DNA from: an uncultured Muribaculaceae bacterium | Lineage (GTDB): Bacteria; Bacillota_I; Bacilli_A; RF39; UBA660 | Length of the DNA: 42,687 nucleotides | NCBI GenBank assembly: GCA_964438315.1 | Contig: CAYTKH010000001.1 | Location: 1 to 42,687 of the forward strand | Direction of reading: 5' to 3' | Part shown: positions 28,085 through 35,219 of the stretch, piece after piece | Numbering within the stretch: position 1 is the stretch's first letter | Layout: every line of letters starts with the position of its first letter | Position numbers and translations under genes: made by a program | The notes under the pieces: generated by a model | The model's database searches: none | Seen by the model: the letters and a program-made list of their open reading frames with translations, nothing else | What the model was told of the DNA's origin: nothing

Positions 28085-28417
28085 TTAACCTTTCTTACAA
28101 TGACATATACTTTTAGGAATAAAAGCATCGTATCTACTACTTCCACCAAGTTCATCAGAATATCCATGATACCACTCATAACCAAGATTTAGCATTTTTT
28201 GTAAATCTGTTCTCTCGACTTGTATAAAGCCAACATTTTCATTATGGCCACAACAACAGCCTTTCGTATGTATTCCAAGCCACCACAATCTTTTTATTTC
28301 ATCTACTAAACATTCATCTATTTCTATAAATTCCTCTTTATAAATGTCTTCATTTACAATTACATTTTTTATAAGAAAATTTGGAGGTATTCTTACTAAT
28401 TCAATTTTCCTATTCAT
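28085..28417 (-). CDS. Hypothetical Cys/His-rich early protein
   Basis: 110 aa containing HTKGCCCGHNEN and CHCKKG. No family recognised. Confidence 0.4.
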   Translation of the reverse strand: MNRKIELVRIPPNFLIKNVIVNEDIYKEEFIEIDECLVDEIKRLWWLGIHTKGCCCGHNENVGFIQVERTDLQKMLNLGYEWYHGYSDELGGSSRYDAFIPKSICHCKKG

Positions 28418-28715
28418 AATTATTATTTTTTATCCTTTCTAAAATGTCTATATAAGCGGTATAAGCACCATAACCAAAACTGTCTTTGTATTCTCGTGGT
28501 TGTTCTATGAATTTTATCTTATCTTCTAAATACTTTATGAAATTCTCTTGTCTTTTTATAAAATTAATTATTTCATTATGTTGCATTTGATTTTCTGATA
28601 ATAAATGTTTTATTGCTTCAATATCTGTTGCATTAATATCTGTACTACCATAATTGAAATGTTCTATTAGACTGTTTAATTGAGTTTCGCATTCTTCACT
28701 ATTCATCTTCTTCAC
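28410..28715 (-). CDS. Hypothetical early protein
   Basis: 101-aa ORF with an 8-nt overlap with the downstream gene. Confidence 0.4.
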   Translation of the reverse strand: MKKMNSEECETQLNSLIEHFNYGSTDINATDIEAIKHLLSENQMQHNEIINFIKRQENFIKYLEDKIKFIEQPREYKDSFGYGAYTAYIDILERIKNNNYE

Positions 28716-29127
28716 TCTTTTCTAACTCATATATTTTTCTGTTAAGCTTATCTTTGCTAGCTAAAACACATGCATAATCAGTTTTTGTATTTACGAGCCA
28801 ATAGCATTGCTCATGAACCTCGATACCATCTTCACTAAAATATAGTCCTTCGTTTTCTAAGAAGTCATTGTAAGTTCCAAACCATCTCTCAAGATAATCT
28901 TTTAAAGGATGATATTGTCTTTTTAATATTTCAAGTATTTCATCATAAGTAAATAATAAATTATTTAAACCAAATGGATCTTTATTATCCAATTTTTTTA
29001 ATAATTGCAAGTATTTATCTTGTTGATATTTAATTGTATTGTCTTTCATTTCAATAGTATCATTTAATCTATCAACTTCATTTTGTTGTAAATTAACTTT
29101 TTGAACAATTATTTTATCCGTTGTCAT
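28699..29127 (-). CDS. Hypothetical early protein
   Basis: 142-aa ORF in a same-strand array. Confidence 0.4.
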   Translation of the reverse strand: MTTDKIIVQKVNLQQNEVDRLNDTIEMKDNTIKYQQDKYLQLLKKLDNKDPFGLNNLLFTYDEILEILKRQYHPLKDYLERWFGTYNDFLENEGLYFSEDGIEVHEQCYWLVNTKTDYACVLASKDKLNRKIYELEKSEEDE

Positions 29128-29145
29128 GATTTCACCTCTATTCTT

Positions 29146-29478
29146 TTACAATTCACTAATATACACAAATATTGCTTTTTTCCATTTCATATTTTTTAAT
29201 TCATCTTGTAGTTTATGTTCAGCTTCCTCTTCGGATATATCATCTTCAAGGTAGTTTTCAAGCATATATTCTTCCCAATCTTCTGTATCATCTTTAAATA
29301 ACCATTCAGAGTCAAATGTGTGTGTATATGAATAATCTAGTTCTACATATTCTCTTATACTTGCATGAGTGAATCTTCCACCCCAATAATGACTGTCATC
29401 TTGAACAACTTCCCCATTTACCCAAGCATAAATTGGCAAATTTGGATTATCCTTTACTAGTTTTAATAAATTACTCAT
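29146..29478 (-). CDS. Hypothetical, strongly acidic early protein
   Basis: 110 aa. The C-terminal half is rich in D/E (EDWEEYMLENYLEDDISEEEAEHKLQDE). Confidence 0.4.
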   Translation of the reverse strand: MSNLLKLVKDNPNLPIYAWVNGEVVQDDSHYWGGRFTHASIREYVELDYSYTHTFDSEWLFKDDTEDWEEYMLENYLEDDISEEEAEHKLQDELKNMKWKKAIFVYISEL

Positions 29479-29662
29479 ATTTTAAATCCTCTAACCACAT
29501 ATCCCAAATGGCTGTGTAAAATGCAAATGTTATCTCATTACAAATACTTGATATAATAAGTAGTATTCTTCCATCACTATAAATACACAATGCTAAGAAG
29601 AACGTATTAACTATTAATGCGGTTAAACTTATATATTTCATTATTGTTATAAATATTTTCAT
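29471..29662 (-). CDS. Small two-TM membrane protein
   Basis: 63 aa, hydrophobic throughout. Confidence 0.4.
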   Translation of the reverse strand: MKIFITIMKYISLTALIVNTFFLALCIYSDGRILLIISSICNEITFAFYTAIWDMWLEDLKYE

Positions 29663-29666
29663 ATTT

Positions 29667-29831
29667 TTACACCTCTACTTCTTCTAATTTGATATCAATA
29701 TAATTTCCAAGATTATCGTATATTTCATTAAAGATTTGTTCTCTCGCTTCCCATATATTTTCTGCTTCTACTTCATCATCAATAAATATTCCAAACATAC
29801 CTAAGATTTCTACAACTTTATACTTTTTCAT
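29667..29831 (-). CDS. Small acidic ORF (54 aa)
   Basis: Hand-translated as MKKYKVVEILGMFGIFIDDEVEAENIWEAREQIFNEIYDNLGNYIDIKLEEVEV. It has the same SD-plus-spacer (GAGGTGTAAAAAT-ATG) as the next gene. Confidence 0.4.
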   Translation of the reverse strand: MKKYKVVEILGMFGIFIDDEVEAENIWEAREQIFNEIYDNLGNYIDIKLEEVEV

Positions 29832-29835
29832 ATTT

Positions 29836-30039
29836 TTACACCTCGCTTTTTATAAAAAATTTTAATTTATCATAACAATGCTTGTTATGTACTGTATCGA
29901 TTGGACTTGCGGTTTCTTCCCTAGCTGAATCAGTTAGAGGATTATACACATAATAAACTTGTCCAACTTTTAATTTTAAAACTTTATCTTTTTTTATTTC
30001 TTTGTAATATTTTTTTAAATGCTTTAATTGTTCAGTCAT
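29836..30039 (-). CDS. Hypothetical early protein
   Basis: 67-aa ORF in a same-strand array. Confidence 0.35.
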   Translation of the reverse strand: MTEQLKHLKKYYKEIKKDKVLKLKVGQVYYVYNPLTDSAREETASPIDTVHNKHCYDKLKFFIKSEV

Positions 30040-30041
30040 GA

Positions 30042-30464
30042 TTATTTACCTCCTACTTGAGTTTCAATTTTGATGGGTACTATGCTTTCAGGTTTAAATA
30101 CTATCTCATAATCATATTTTGATACTTCACTATAATCTAATTGTTCAACTGTATAAGTTGTTTCGTTTGATAAATACAAGAAGTGTTTTTGATATTTATC
30201 ATCACCAACTTTACAAATAACTTCTAATTGATTATCACTGCTGTCAGTTTCTATTGAACAGTTACCTGTTATTGAAAATAAATAACTATCATGTCTTAAA
30301 TTGACAAATACGATTCTTCGTTTAACTCTAAACTGATCTGCTTCTTTGCTAACGTTATGTGAAGCTATTTGTGCATCACTATTGAATGCACAACCTGTTG
30401 CATAACTTAGTATAATTAATATAAATACTATAATTATTATTAAATTTGTTATTATTTTTTTCAT
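30042..30464 (-). CDS. Predicted lipoprotein
   Basis: Signal peptide MKKIITNLIIIIVFILIILSYATG|C with a lipobox-like ATGC. Confidence 0.5.
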   Translation of the reverse strand: MKKIITNLIIIIVFILIILSYATGCAFNSDAQIASHNVSKEADQFRVKRRIVFVNLRHDSYLFSITGNCSIETDSSDNQLEVICKVGDDKYQKHFLYLSNETTYTVEQLDYSEVSKYDYEIVFKPESIVPIKIETQVGGK

Positions 30465-30694
30465 TTTGTTTTCTCCTTTTCTAATTCTTGCTCTATGTAT
30501 TCATTTAAATTTTCTTTACTAAGATTTAAATATTTCACTTGCAGTAATTCCAATGCTTTGTCATATCTTTTTTGCAATTGTTCTTTTTCTTCTAAAATAT
30601 CGTAAACTGCTTTGTTGTATTCTAAAAAGAAATACTCATCGTCAACATTTATTTTTATGTCTTTTATTTTATCTATAAATTTCTCTTTGTTCAT
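30461..30694 (-). CDS. Hypothetical coiled-coil early protein
   Basis: 77-aa ORF with an ATGA overlap with the lipoprotein gene. Confidence 0.4.
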   Translation of the reverse strand: MNKEKFIDKIKDIKINVDDEYFFLEYNKAVYDILEEKEQLQKRYDKALELLQVKYLNLSKENLNEYIEQELEKEKTK

Positions 30695-30710
30695 ACTTGT
30701 TTTTCCTTTT

Positions 30711-31235
30711 CTAAATCCATATAATCTTTTGCTTTAGCGAATCAACGTTATAACATATCCAACAACAACCTTTATTGAAACTTGTAGCTTTACCTAAAAA
30801 TTTAATCCTCTTTTTGAATATCAAAATACTTAATTTATCTATATACCTTTCATACATCCCAGCTCTAGTCGGTGTTTCTAATGTTGATAAAGGTAATAAC
30901 AAACAAAACGATTTTATAAGTCCGTCTTCTACTAATTGAAATGTTCTTCTTATAATGTCATTTTGTTGAGAAAAAGGCGGATTACTAATCAATAAATCAC
31001 AGTTTTTAGGTGGTTGCGTAGTAAAGAAGTCATTACCCAAATCATCAAATATATGAGTTGCTTTATATTTCAAATTTAATTCATCCGCTTTAAGTTTAAA
31101 TTCTGAATCGTAATTATTAAACGGGAACCATATATTTTTAAATGATTGTATATCAATTAGTTTATAAATATCTTCAACTACAAATCTTGGCGTTGCAACA
31201 TGATCACTATTTGTTTTTTTATCTTCTTCATACAT
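30711..31235 (-). CDS. Putative orphan N6-adenine DNA methyltransferase (small EcoRI-methylase-like family)
   Basis: DLLISNPPFS (NPPF, motif IV) and an N-terminal ATPRFVVEDI segment. No adjacent restriction gene. Confidence 0.45.
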   Translation of the reverse strand: MYEEDKKTNSDHVATPRFVVEDIYKLIDIQSFKNIWFPFNNYDSEFKLKADELNLKYKATHIFDDLGNDFFTTQPPKNCDLLISNPPFSQQNDIIRRTFQLVEDGLIKSFCLLLPLSTLETPTRAGMYERYIDKLSILIFKKRIKFLGKATSFNKGCCWICYNVDSLKQKIIWI

Positions 31236-31241
31236 ATTGTT

Positions 31242-31484
31242 TTATTTATTCACCTTCCTCTTAAAACTTGCATAATCTGAACAACCAGCTGTCACTAAAA
31301 TATCTTTAATTATTTTTATACATTGCACGAATGCATCGACATTTCCATTTTTTACTTTTTCAATGATATAATCGTTGTACTCGTCATAGTTCATTCTTTT
31401 ATATGGCCTTTTATTGTATTTTTTTATAAAATCAAAATCTATTTTTGTTATTGCTATCTCATCTTTTACTTCAAATAGTTTCAT
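31242..31484 (-). CDS. Hypothetical early protein
   Basis: 80-aa ORF. Confidence 0.35.
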   Translation of the reverse strand: MKLFEVKDEIAITKIDFDFIKKYNKRPYKRMNYDEYNDYIIEKVKNGNVDAFVQCIKIIKDILVTAGCSDYASFKRKVNK

Positions 31485-31504
31485 TCGGTAATTTTTCTAA
31501 AGCT

Positions 31505-31804
31505 CTAAAATGCTCTTTCTTCTAAATATTTTTTAATTAATTCTTCATCGGTGGAATTAATAATTTTATTGTTATCTTGATAAGTTACTTTTACACTTCC
31601 ACCATAGGTGTTATATACCTCAAATGATTTAATTCCTCTATCGTTTTTATAGTTACTTATAGCCCTAGCTCTAGTAACTCTTGTATCATAATCCCAAAAT
31701 TTCTTTTCTCTGATAAAAAATGCTAAATCTTGTCGCCATTGTTTTAAATTAAAATTAACTTTTAATTTTTCTGCAAACCACGTGCTATTATAATGTTTTG
31801 CCAT
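31505..31804 (-). CDS. Hypothetical early protein
   Basis: 99-aa ORF. Confidence 0.4.
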   Translation of the reverse strand: MAKHYNSTWFAEKLKVNFNLKQWRQDLAFFIREKKFWDYDTRVTRARAISNYKNDRGIKSFEVYNTYGGSVKVTYQDNNKIINSTDEELIKKYLEERAF

Positions 31805-31805
31805 T

Positions 31806-32051
31806 TTATACCTCTTTCCTTTTTTTATTGATTTTAGATATATTTGATTCTAAGTTACTTTTTTTTATTTCTTTTAAGTCATTTTTATATTTTGTTGCTA
31901 ATTCTTTATACAAATCTCTTTCATCGATTAAATTACTCTTCTTTCGATAAAGTGTTAGTAATTCTTCATTTAATGCTATACATTTTAAATTTAATGTATT
32001 TAATTTCTTTTTTAATGATATATTTTCTGTTACTAATTTTAATAATTTCAT
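31806..32051 (-). CDS. Hypothetical coiled-coil early protein
   Basis: 81-aa ORF. Confidence 0.35.
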   Translation of the reverse strand: MKLLKLVTENISLKKKLNTLNLKCIALNEELLTLYRKKSNLIDERDLYKELATKYKNDLKEIKKSNLESNISKINKKRKEV

Positions 32052-32093
32052 ATTTTCTCCTTACCTCTTTTATTCATTCACAATAATTTATAA

Positions 32094-32663
32094 TTAATCA
32101 TTTTCCAAAATATAAGTGGCTTTTAAATCGGCAATATGTAATGCTAAAGCTAAATTACATTTTTTATAAGCTTGTCCTAATGATTGATATTCTTCTTTAG
32201 GGACATAAGCACCCATGTGCCAACGAATAGCTAATATTTCTTCATCTGTTAAATTGATATATTTTTGTATTAATATAACTGATTTTTCACCATGTCCAAG
32301 TGGAAGTTTTTCATCATATGTATAAAATGGTACTTGAATCCACTCATCTTTTTCATTCTTAACATTTTTTGTTGATTCTTTATAAAAATTAATTTTACAT
32401 ACATCATGTAACAGTGCTACTATTTTCAAAGTATCACTTTTTGTTTTTGTTATTACTTCTCCCATGGTTACTTCTTTTAATAATAATTTATAAACATTTA
32501 AACTATGTTGGACTAAACCTCCGACATAACAACAATGATATTTTGAACTTGCTGGAGCTTCAAAAAAATCAGTGTTAAGTAGATAATCTATTAGTTCATC
32601 AATTCCCTCTCTATCTACTGTTTTTAATAATTCTAAATATATTTTTTTGTTTTCTTCTTGCAT
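32094..32663 (-). CDS. HD-domain phosphohydrolase
   Basis: H...HD motif (VALLHDVCK), then GHGEKS and RWHMG. Confidence 0.65.
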   Translation of the reverse strand: MQEENKKIYLELLKTVDREGIDELIDYLLNTDFFEAPASSKYHCCYVGGLVQHSLNVYKLLLKEVTMGEVITKTKSDTLKIVALLHDVCKINFYKESTKNVKNEKDEWIQVPFYTYDEKLPLGHGEKSVILIQKYINLTDEEILAIRWHMGAYVPKEEYQSLGQAYKKCNLALALHIADLKATYILEND

Positions 32664-32675
32664 ATTTTCTCCTTT

Positions 32676-33482
32676 TTAATTATACTTTGCTAATAATTCT
32701 TCCATTTCTTTTAATTCTTCTAAAGTAGCTTCTCTTGTTTCTATTTCTTTATCAAACCATTTAGGTTTAGTTTCCTTTCTTTTATTCCGCATATAGTTTT
32801 TTGGAACTTGCTCAATTGTTTTTATATTCGAACCTATCCAGTTATTTAAAATACCTTCTACATAATTAAAATTTTTAGCATCACTCATAATTGATATTTC
32901 AATTGCTTTATACAACAATCTGATATCTTCTAGTGATTCAACCCAATTTTGAATTTTTTTTATTTCAATAGCTGTTAAATTTCTTTGATAATTTTTTTCT
33001 ATAAATTCGAATATATTAGTATTTAGATTAGTCTTATATAATTTATATTTTTTATTATAATTTATATTATTATTTATAATTACAATTACATTTTCTAAAA
33101 TGCATTTATTCGGTACTTGCACGGGCAATGCCACGGCATTACTTTGGCATGTATTTGGCTGTTCTTGTTTTGGCTTATTTTTCCAACGTTTTTTTGCTCT
33201 CTCACTTTGCTTTTTACTATATTCTTTTCGATTTTCAATTATTTTTTCTAAAGTTTTATCGTAAAAAAATCCGTTTTTATCTTTAGAAAATTTTGATAAA
33301 ACATCTTTACTAATATTAGGTATATTTAACTTAATTATTTTTTCGCTTAAATGACCTGTTTGTTGTTGCAAACACCACATTGTTATGTATTGGCCTCTTT
33401 CTTCAAAAGTTAAATCAGAACACTCACTTAGAAAATCATTTGAATAAAGAAGAAAAGCAGGATCTTTTTCTTTTTTTGACAT
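32676..33482 (-). CDS. Replisome organiser: DUF1376/YdaU-like N-terminus plus a DnaD/DnaB_2-like C-terminal domain
   Basis: N-terminal PAFLLYSNDFLSECSDLTFEERGQYITMWC. C-terminal IFEFIEKNYQRNLTAIEIKKIQNW...NFNYVEGILNNW. Confidence 0.65.
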   Translation of the reverse strand: MSKKEKDPAFLLYSNDFLSECSDLTFEERGQYITMWCLQQQTGHLSEKIIKLNIPNISKDVLSKFSKDKNGFFYDKTLEKIIENRKEYSKKQSERAKKRWKNKPKQEQPNTCQSNAVALPVQVPNKCILENVIVIINNNINYNKKYKLYKTNLNTNIFEFIEKNYQRNLTAIEIKKIQNWVESLEDIRLLYKAIEISIMSDAKNFNYVEGILNNWIGSNIKTIEQVPKNYMRNKRKETKPKWFDKEIETREATLEELKEMEELLAKYN

Positions 33483-33497
33483 TGTTCCTCCTAATTA

Positions 33498-33526
33498 TTG
33501 ACTTTTTAATTTATTATTGATATAAT
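33498..33526 (+). promoter_or_regulatory. Near-consensus sigma-A promoter pointing antisense to the early operon
   Basis: TTGACT, a 17-nt spacer, then TGaTATAAT (extended -10), read directly. Confidence 0.6.
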
Positions 33527-33532
33527 CAGTAT

Positions 33533-33588
33533 GTAATTATTATTTAATTACAACTTGTGAGACTTGTTTTTTAACAAGTCCTTTTTCT
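33533..33588 (+). ncRNA. Candidate ~55-nt antisense sRNA (type I antitoxin-like or OOP-like)
   Basis: The promoter above is followed by the hairpin GACTTGTT-tttt-AACAAGTC (33561-33580) and CTTTTTCT. There is no ORF. The RNA is complementary to the 3' end of the 47-aa peptide gene. Confidence 0.5.
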
Positions 33589-33683
33589 ATATCATTTTTT
33601 AATGCTAATGCATTTAATAAATTAATTAATAGAACCCCCAATATAAATATAATTAATAAGCTATATTTTTTTATTTTTTTCAT
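33540..33683 (-). CDS. 47-aa hydrophobic peptide (type I toxin-like, or a small membrane protein)
   Basis: MKKIKKYSLLIIFILGVLLINLLNALALKNDIEKGLVKKQVSQVVIK. SD AAGGAG lies 8 nt before the ATG at 33683. The track ORF extends artificially to 33803. Confidence 0.5.
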   Translation of the reverse strand: MKKIKKYSLLIIFILGVLLINLLNALALKNDIEKGLVKKQVSQVVIK

Positions 33684-33703
33684 AGTATTACTCCTTTTAT
33701 TTT

Positions 33704-33847
33704 TATTTGAGTACTTAAAGAAGCCTAGTCTTAATTTAGAAAGGAAATGTTTTATTTTTATGTATATAATACCGTTAAAAGTCAATTTTGGTTGTAAAAG
33801 CATAATATAGAGATTTTTTTGACTAGACTTCTTTAAGTACTCAAATA
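33704..33847. repeat. Inverted repeat pair IR1: 27-bp arms (26/27) around a 90-bp spacer
   Basis: Arms are 33704-33730 (tatttgagtacttaaagaagcctagtc) and 33821-33847 (gactagacttctttaagtactcaaata). Confidence 0.9.
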
Positions 33848-33888
33848 TTTTTATATTTTAAGCTTGTCCTTCTATTATAAGAAGTTCT

Positions 33889-34026
33889 TTAAACTTCCTT
33901 TTTTACGGAATAAGTTATTTTAATTTTTTCCTGAAATTCATATAATTCAATCAAAGTTTTTATAATATTATCTGAATTTTCTTTAAAAAATTTTTTTAGG
34001 TTGGTAGCCTCTTTTTTGTTTTCCAT
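33889..34026 (-). CDS. Small ORF (45 aa) between the two inverted-repeat pairs
   Basis: Hand-translated as MENKKEATNLKKFFKENSDNIIKTLIELYEFQEKIKITYSVKKEV. SD AAGAGGTGA upstream. Confidence 0.4.
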   Translation of the reverse strand: MENKKEATNLKKFFKENSDNIIKTLIELYEFQEKIKITYSVKKEV

Positions 34027-34086
34027 TTTTTCACCTCTTATAAAATTTTATGTTTTTATACTTGTACATTATATTTAATTTCTTTT

Positions 34087-34201
34087 ACTCGAACACTTAA
34101 TGAAAAGTAGATATTGAAACAACTAAAAGTTTTTAATTAGTAATTTAATAGAATAAAAAGGATTGAATAATTAATATCTACTCTTCGCTAAGTGCTCGAA
34201 T
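34087..34201. repeat. Inverted repeat pair IR2: 29-bp arms (24/29) around a 57-bp spacer
   Basis: Arms are 34087-34115 (actcgaacacttaatgaaaagtagatatt) and 34173-34201 (aatatctactcttcgctaagtgctcgaat). The core is related to the IR1 arms. Confidence 0.85.
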
Positions 34202-34267
34202 ATGTTATATTTTGTTTTGCTTTTGTGTTATAATTACCCCATGCAGTATACATTAGAAATGAGGTGT

Positions 34268-34432
34268 ATGATTTTGGCTAGTCAGCGAAAAACTAGTAGT
34301 AAGGCTGCCACTGCCACTTCTAAAGTTCTAAGAGATGGTCGCACATCTAAAGATTCAAAGACCGCAGCCGGTTCGGCTTTATCTCAAGTTGCTGGCAGTG
34401 CATTATCTCAATGTTCTAGAAAAGGTAAATAG
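34268..34432 (+). CDS. Small hydrophilic Lys/Ser/Ala-rich protein with a duplicated AGSALSQ motif
   Basis: MILASQRKTSSKAATATSKVLRDGRTSKDSKTAAGSALSQVAGSALSQCSRKGK. Extended -10 TGtTATAAT at 34226-34234. The true start may be the TTG at 34274, which is better spaced from SD GAGGTG. Confidence 0.45.
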   Translation: MILASQRKTSSKAATATSKVLRDGRTSKDSKTAAGSALSQVAGSALSQCSRKGK

Positions 34433-34453
34433 TTCTCGCTAAAGATTTCAAGT

Positions 34454-34666
34454 TTAATTTATCAGGCTAGACTTGATTTCTTTTTTTATTTTTTCTAAAT
34501 TAATATCAAATAATATTGCTATATTTATTAGCTCATCAGCCGTAAATTTTCTTTTACCGTTTAAAGATAAATTAATTTTACTTCGTGCTATTTTAGTTCT
34601 AGTTGCAATCTCGTATTGCGATATTTTATTTTCATTAAAGTATTCTTTTAAATAATTGGATATCAT
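34454..34666 (-). CDS. XRE-family HTH protein (70 aa)
   Basis: ISQYEIATRTKIARSKINLSLNGKRKFTADELINIA is a typical Cro/C1 HTH. SD AGGAGGA upstream. Confidence 0.7.
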   Translation of the reverse strand: MISNYLKEYFNENKISQYEIATRTKIARSKINLSLNGKRKFTADELINIAILFDINLEKIKKEIKSSLIN

Positions 34667-34686
34667 ATTTTCCTCCTATTTTTTAT

Positions 34687-34715
34687 TTGAAGTTTTTACC
34701 TCTTACTGCTATAAT
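34687..34715 (+). promoter_or_regulatory. Sigma-A promoter for plus-strand ORF 34744..35121
   Basis: TTGAAG, a 17-nt spacer, then TGcTATAAT. Confidence 0.55.
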
Positions 34716-34743
34716 TTTTTTTATAGAAAGTGAGGTGAAAATT

Positions 34744-35121
34744 TTGAATACAACAGAAATAATTGCTTTGAGTGCTGTTATATCGCCCAGTGCTATAACT
34801 CTAATAAATAATTATTATATTTTTAAAACTAAGCGGATTGAAAATTATGATTTAGCTAAACGTGGAGCATTAGAGGAATTTTCAATTGCAGTTAGCACAT
34901 ATTCAACTTCTGGTCATAAAAAAGATGAATTTGCATATAACAATGCTCTATCTAAATTAATCATATATTTTTCATTATCTAAAAATGATATTGATGCTTT
35001 AAATCAAACTACCGATTTTAATTCATTATTAATCGAAGCTAACAAGCTAATTTTTAAATTATCCCGGCAGATTCAGCCCACAAAGCTATTACAATTGAAG
35101 CGTATATTCCGTAAATTATAG
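34744..35121 (+). CDS. Plus-strand accessory ORF (125 aa, helical, no family recognised)
   Basis: SD GTGAGGTGA 5 nt before the TTG at 34744. It has its own promoter, and its 3' end overlaps the convergent small peptide gene. Confidence 0.45.
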   Translation: MNTTEIIALSAVISPSAITLINNYYIFKTKRIENYDLAKRGALEEFSIAVSTYSTSGHKKDEFAYNNALSKLIIYFSLSKNDIDALNQTTDFNSLLIEANKLIFKLSRQIQPTKLLQLKRIFRKL

Positions 35122-35209
35122 CAGGATATAAACCGCCACTTATTAAAAAGTATATAAAACTTATTATTGCTGATATAATTAAAATTAATAAAAACGTATC
35201 ATTACTCAT
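35054..35209 (-). CDS. 51-aa two-TM hydrophobic peptide downstream of the cro-like gene
   Basis: Hand-translated as MSNDTFLLILIISAIISFIYFLISGGLYPAIIYGIYASIVIALWAESAGII. SD GGAGAAG upstream. The start is 10 nt after the stop of 35220..35462. Confidence 0.45.
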   Translation of the reverse strand: MSNDTFLLILIISAIISFIYFLISGGLYPAIIYGIYASIVIALWAESAGII

Positions 35210-35219
35210 TTTACTTCTC

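Noticed and set aside
33540-33803. 87-aa version of the small membrane protein ORF, as given in the track
   Set aside because: The N-terminal 40 codons run through inverted-repeat arm IR1-L and the spacer, and they have no SD. A good SD precedes the internal ATG at 33683, so the 47-aa form is preferred.
33698-33853. 8-bp direct repeat TATTTTTA flanking the 25-bp IR1 core, as a possible target-site duplication of a MITE
   Set aside because: The flanks are low-complexity A/T sequence. Two of the 'TSD' bases also extend the inverted repeat itself. The duplication cannot be distinguished from chance without other copies of the element.
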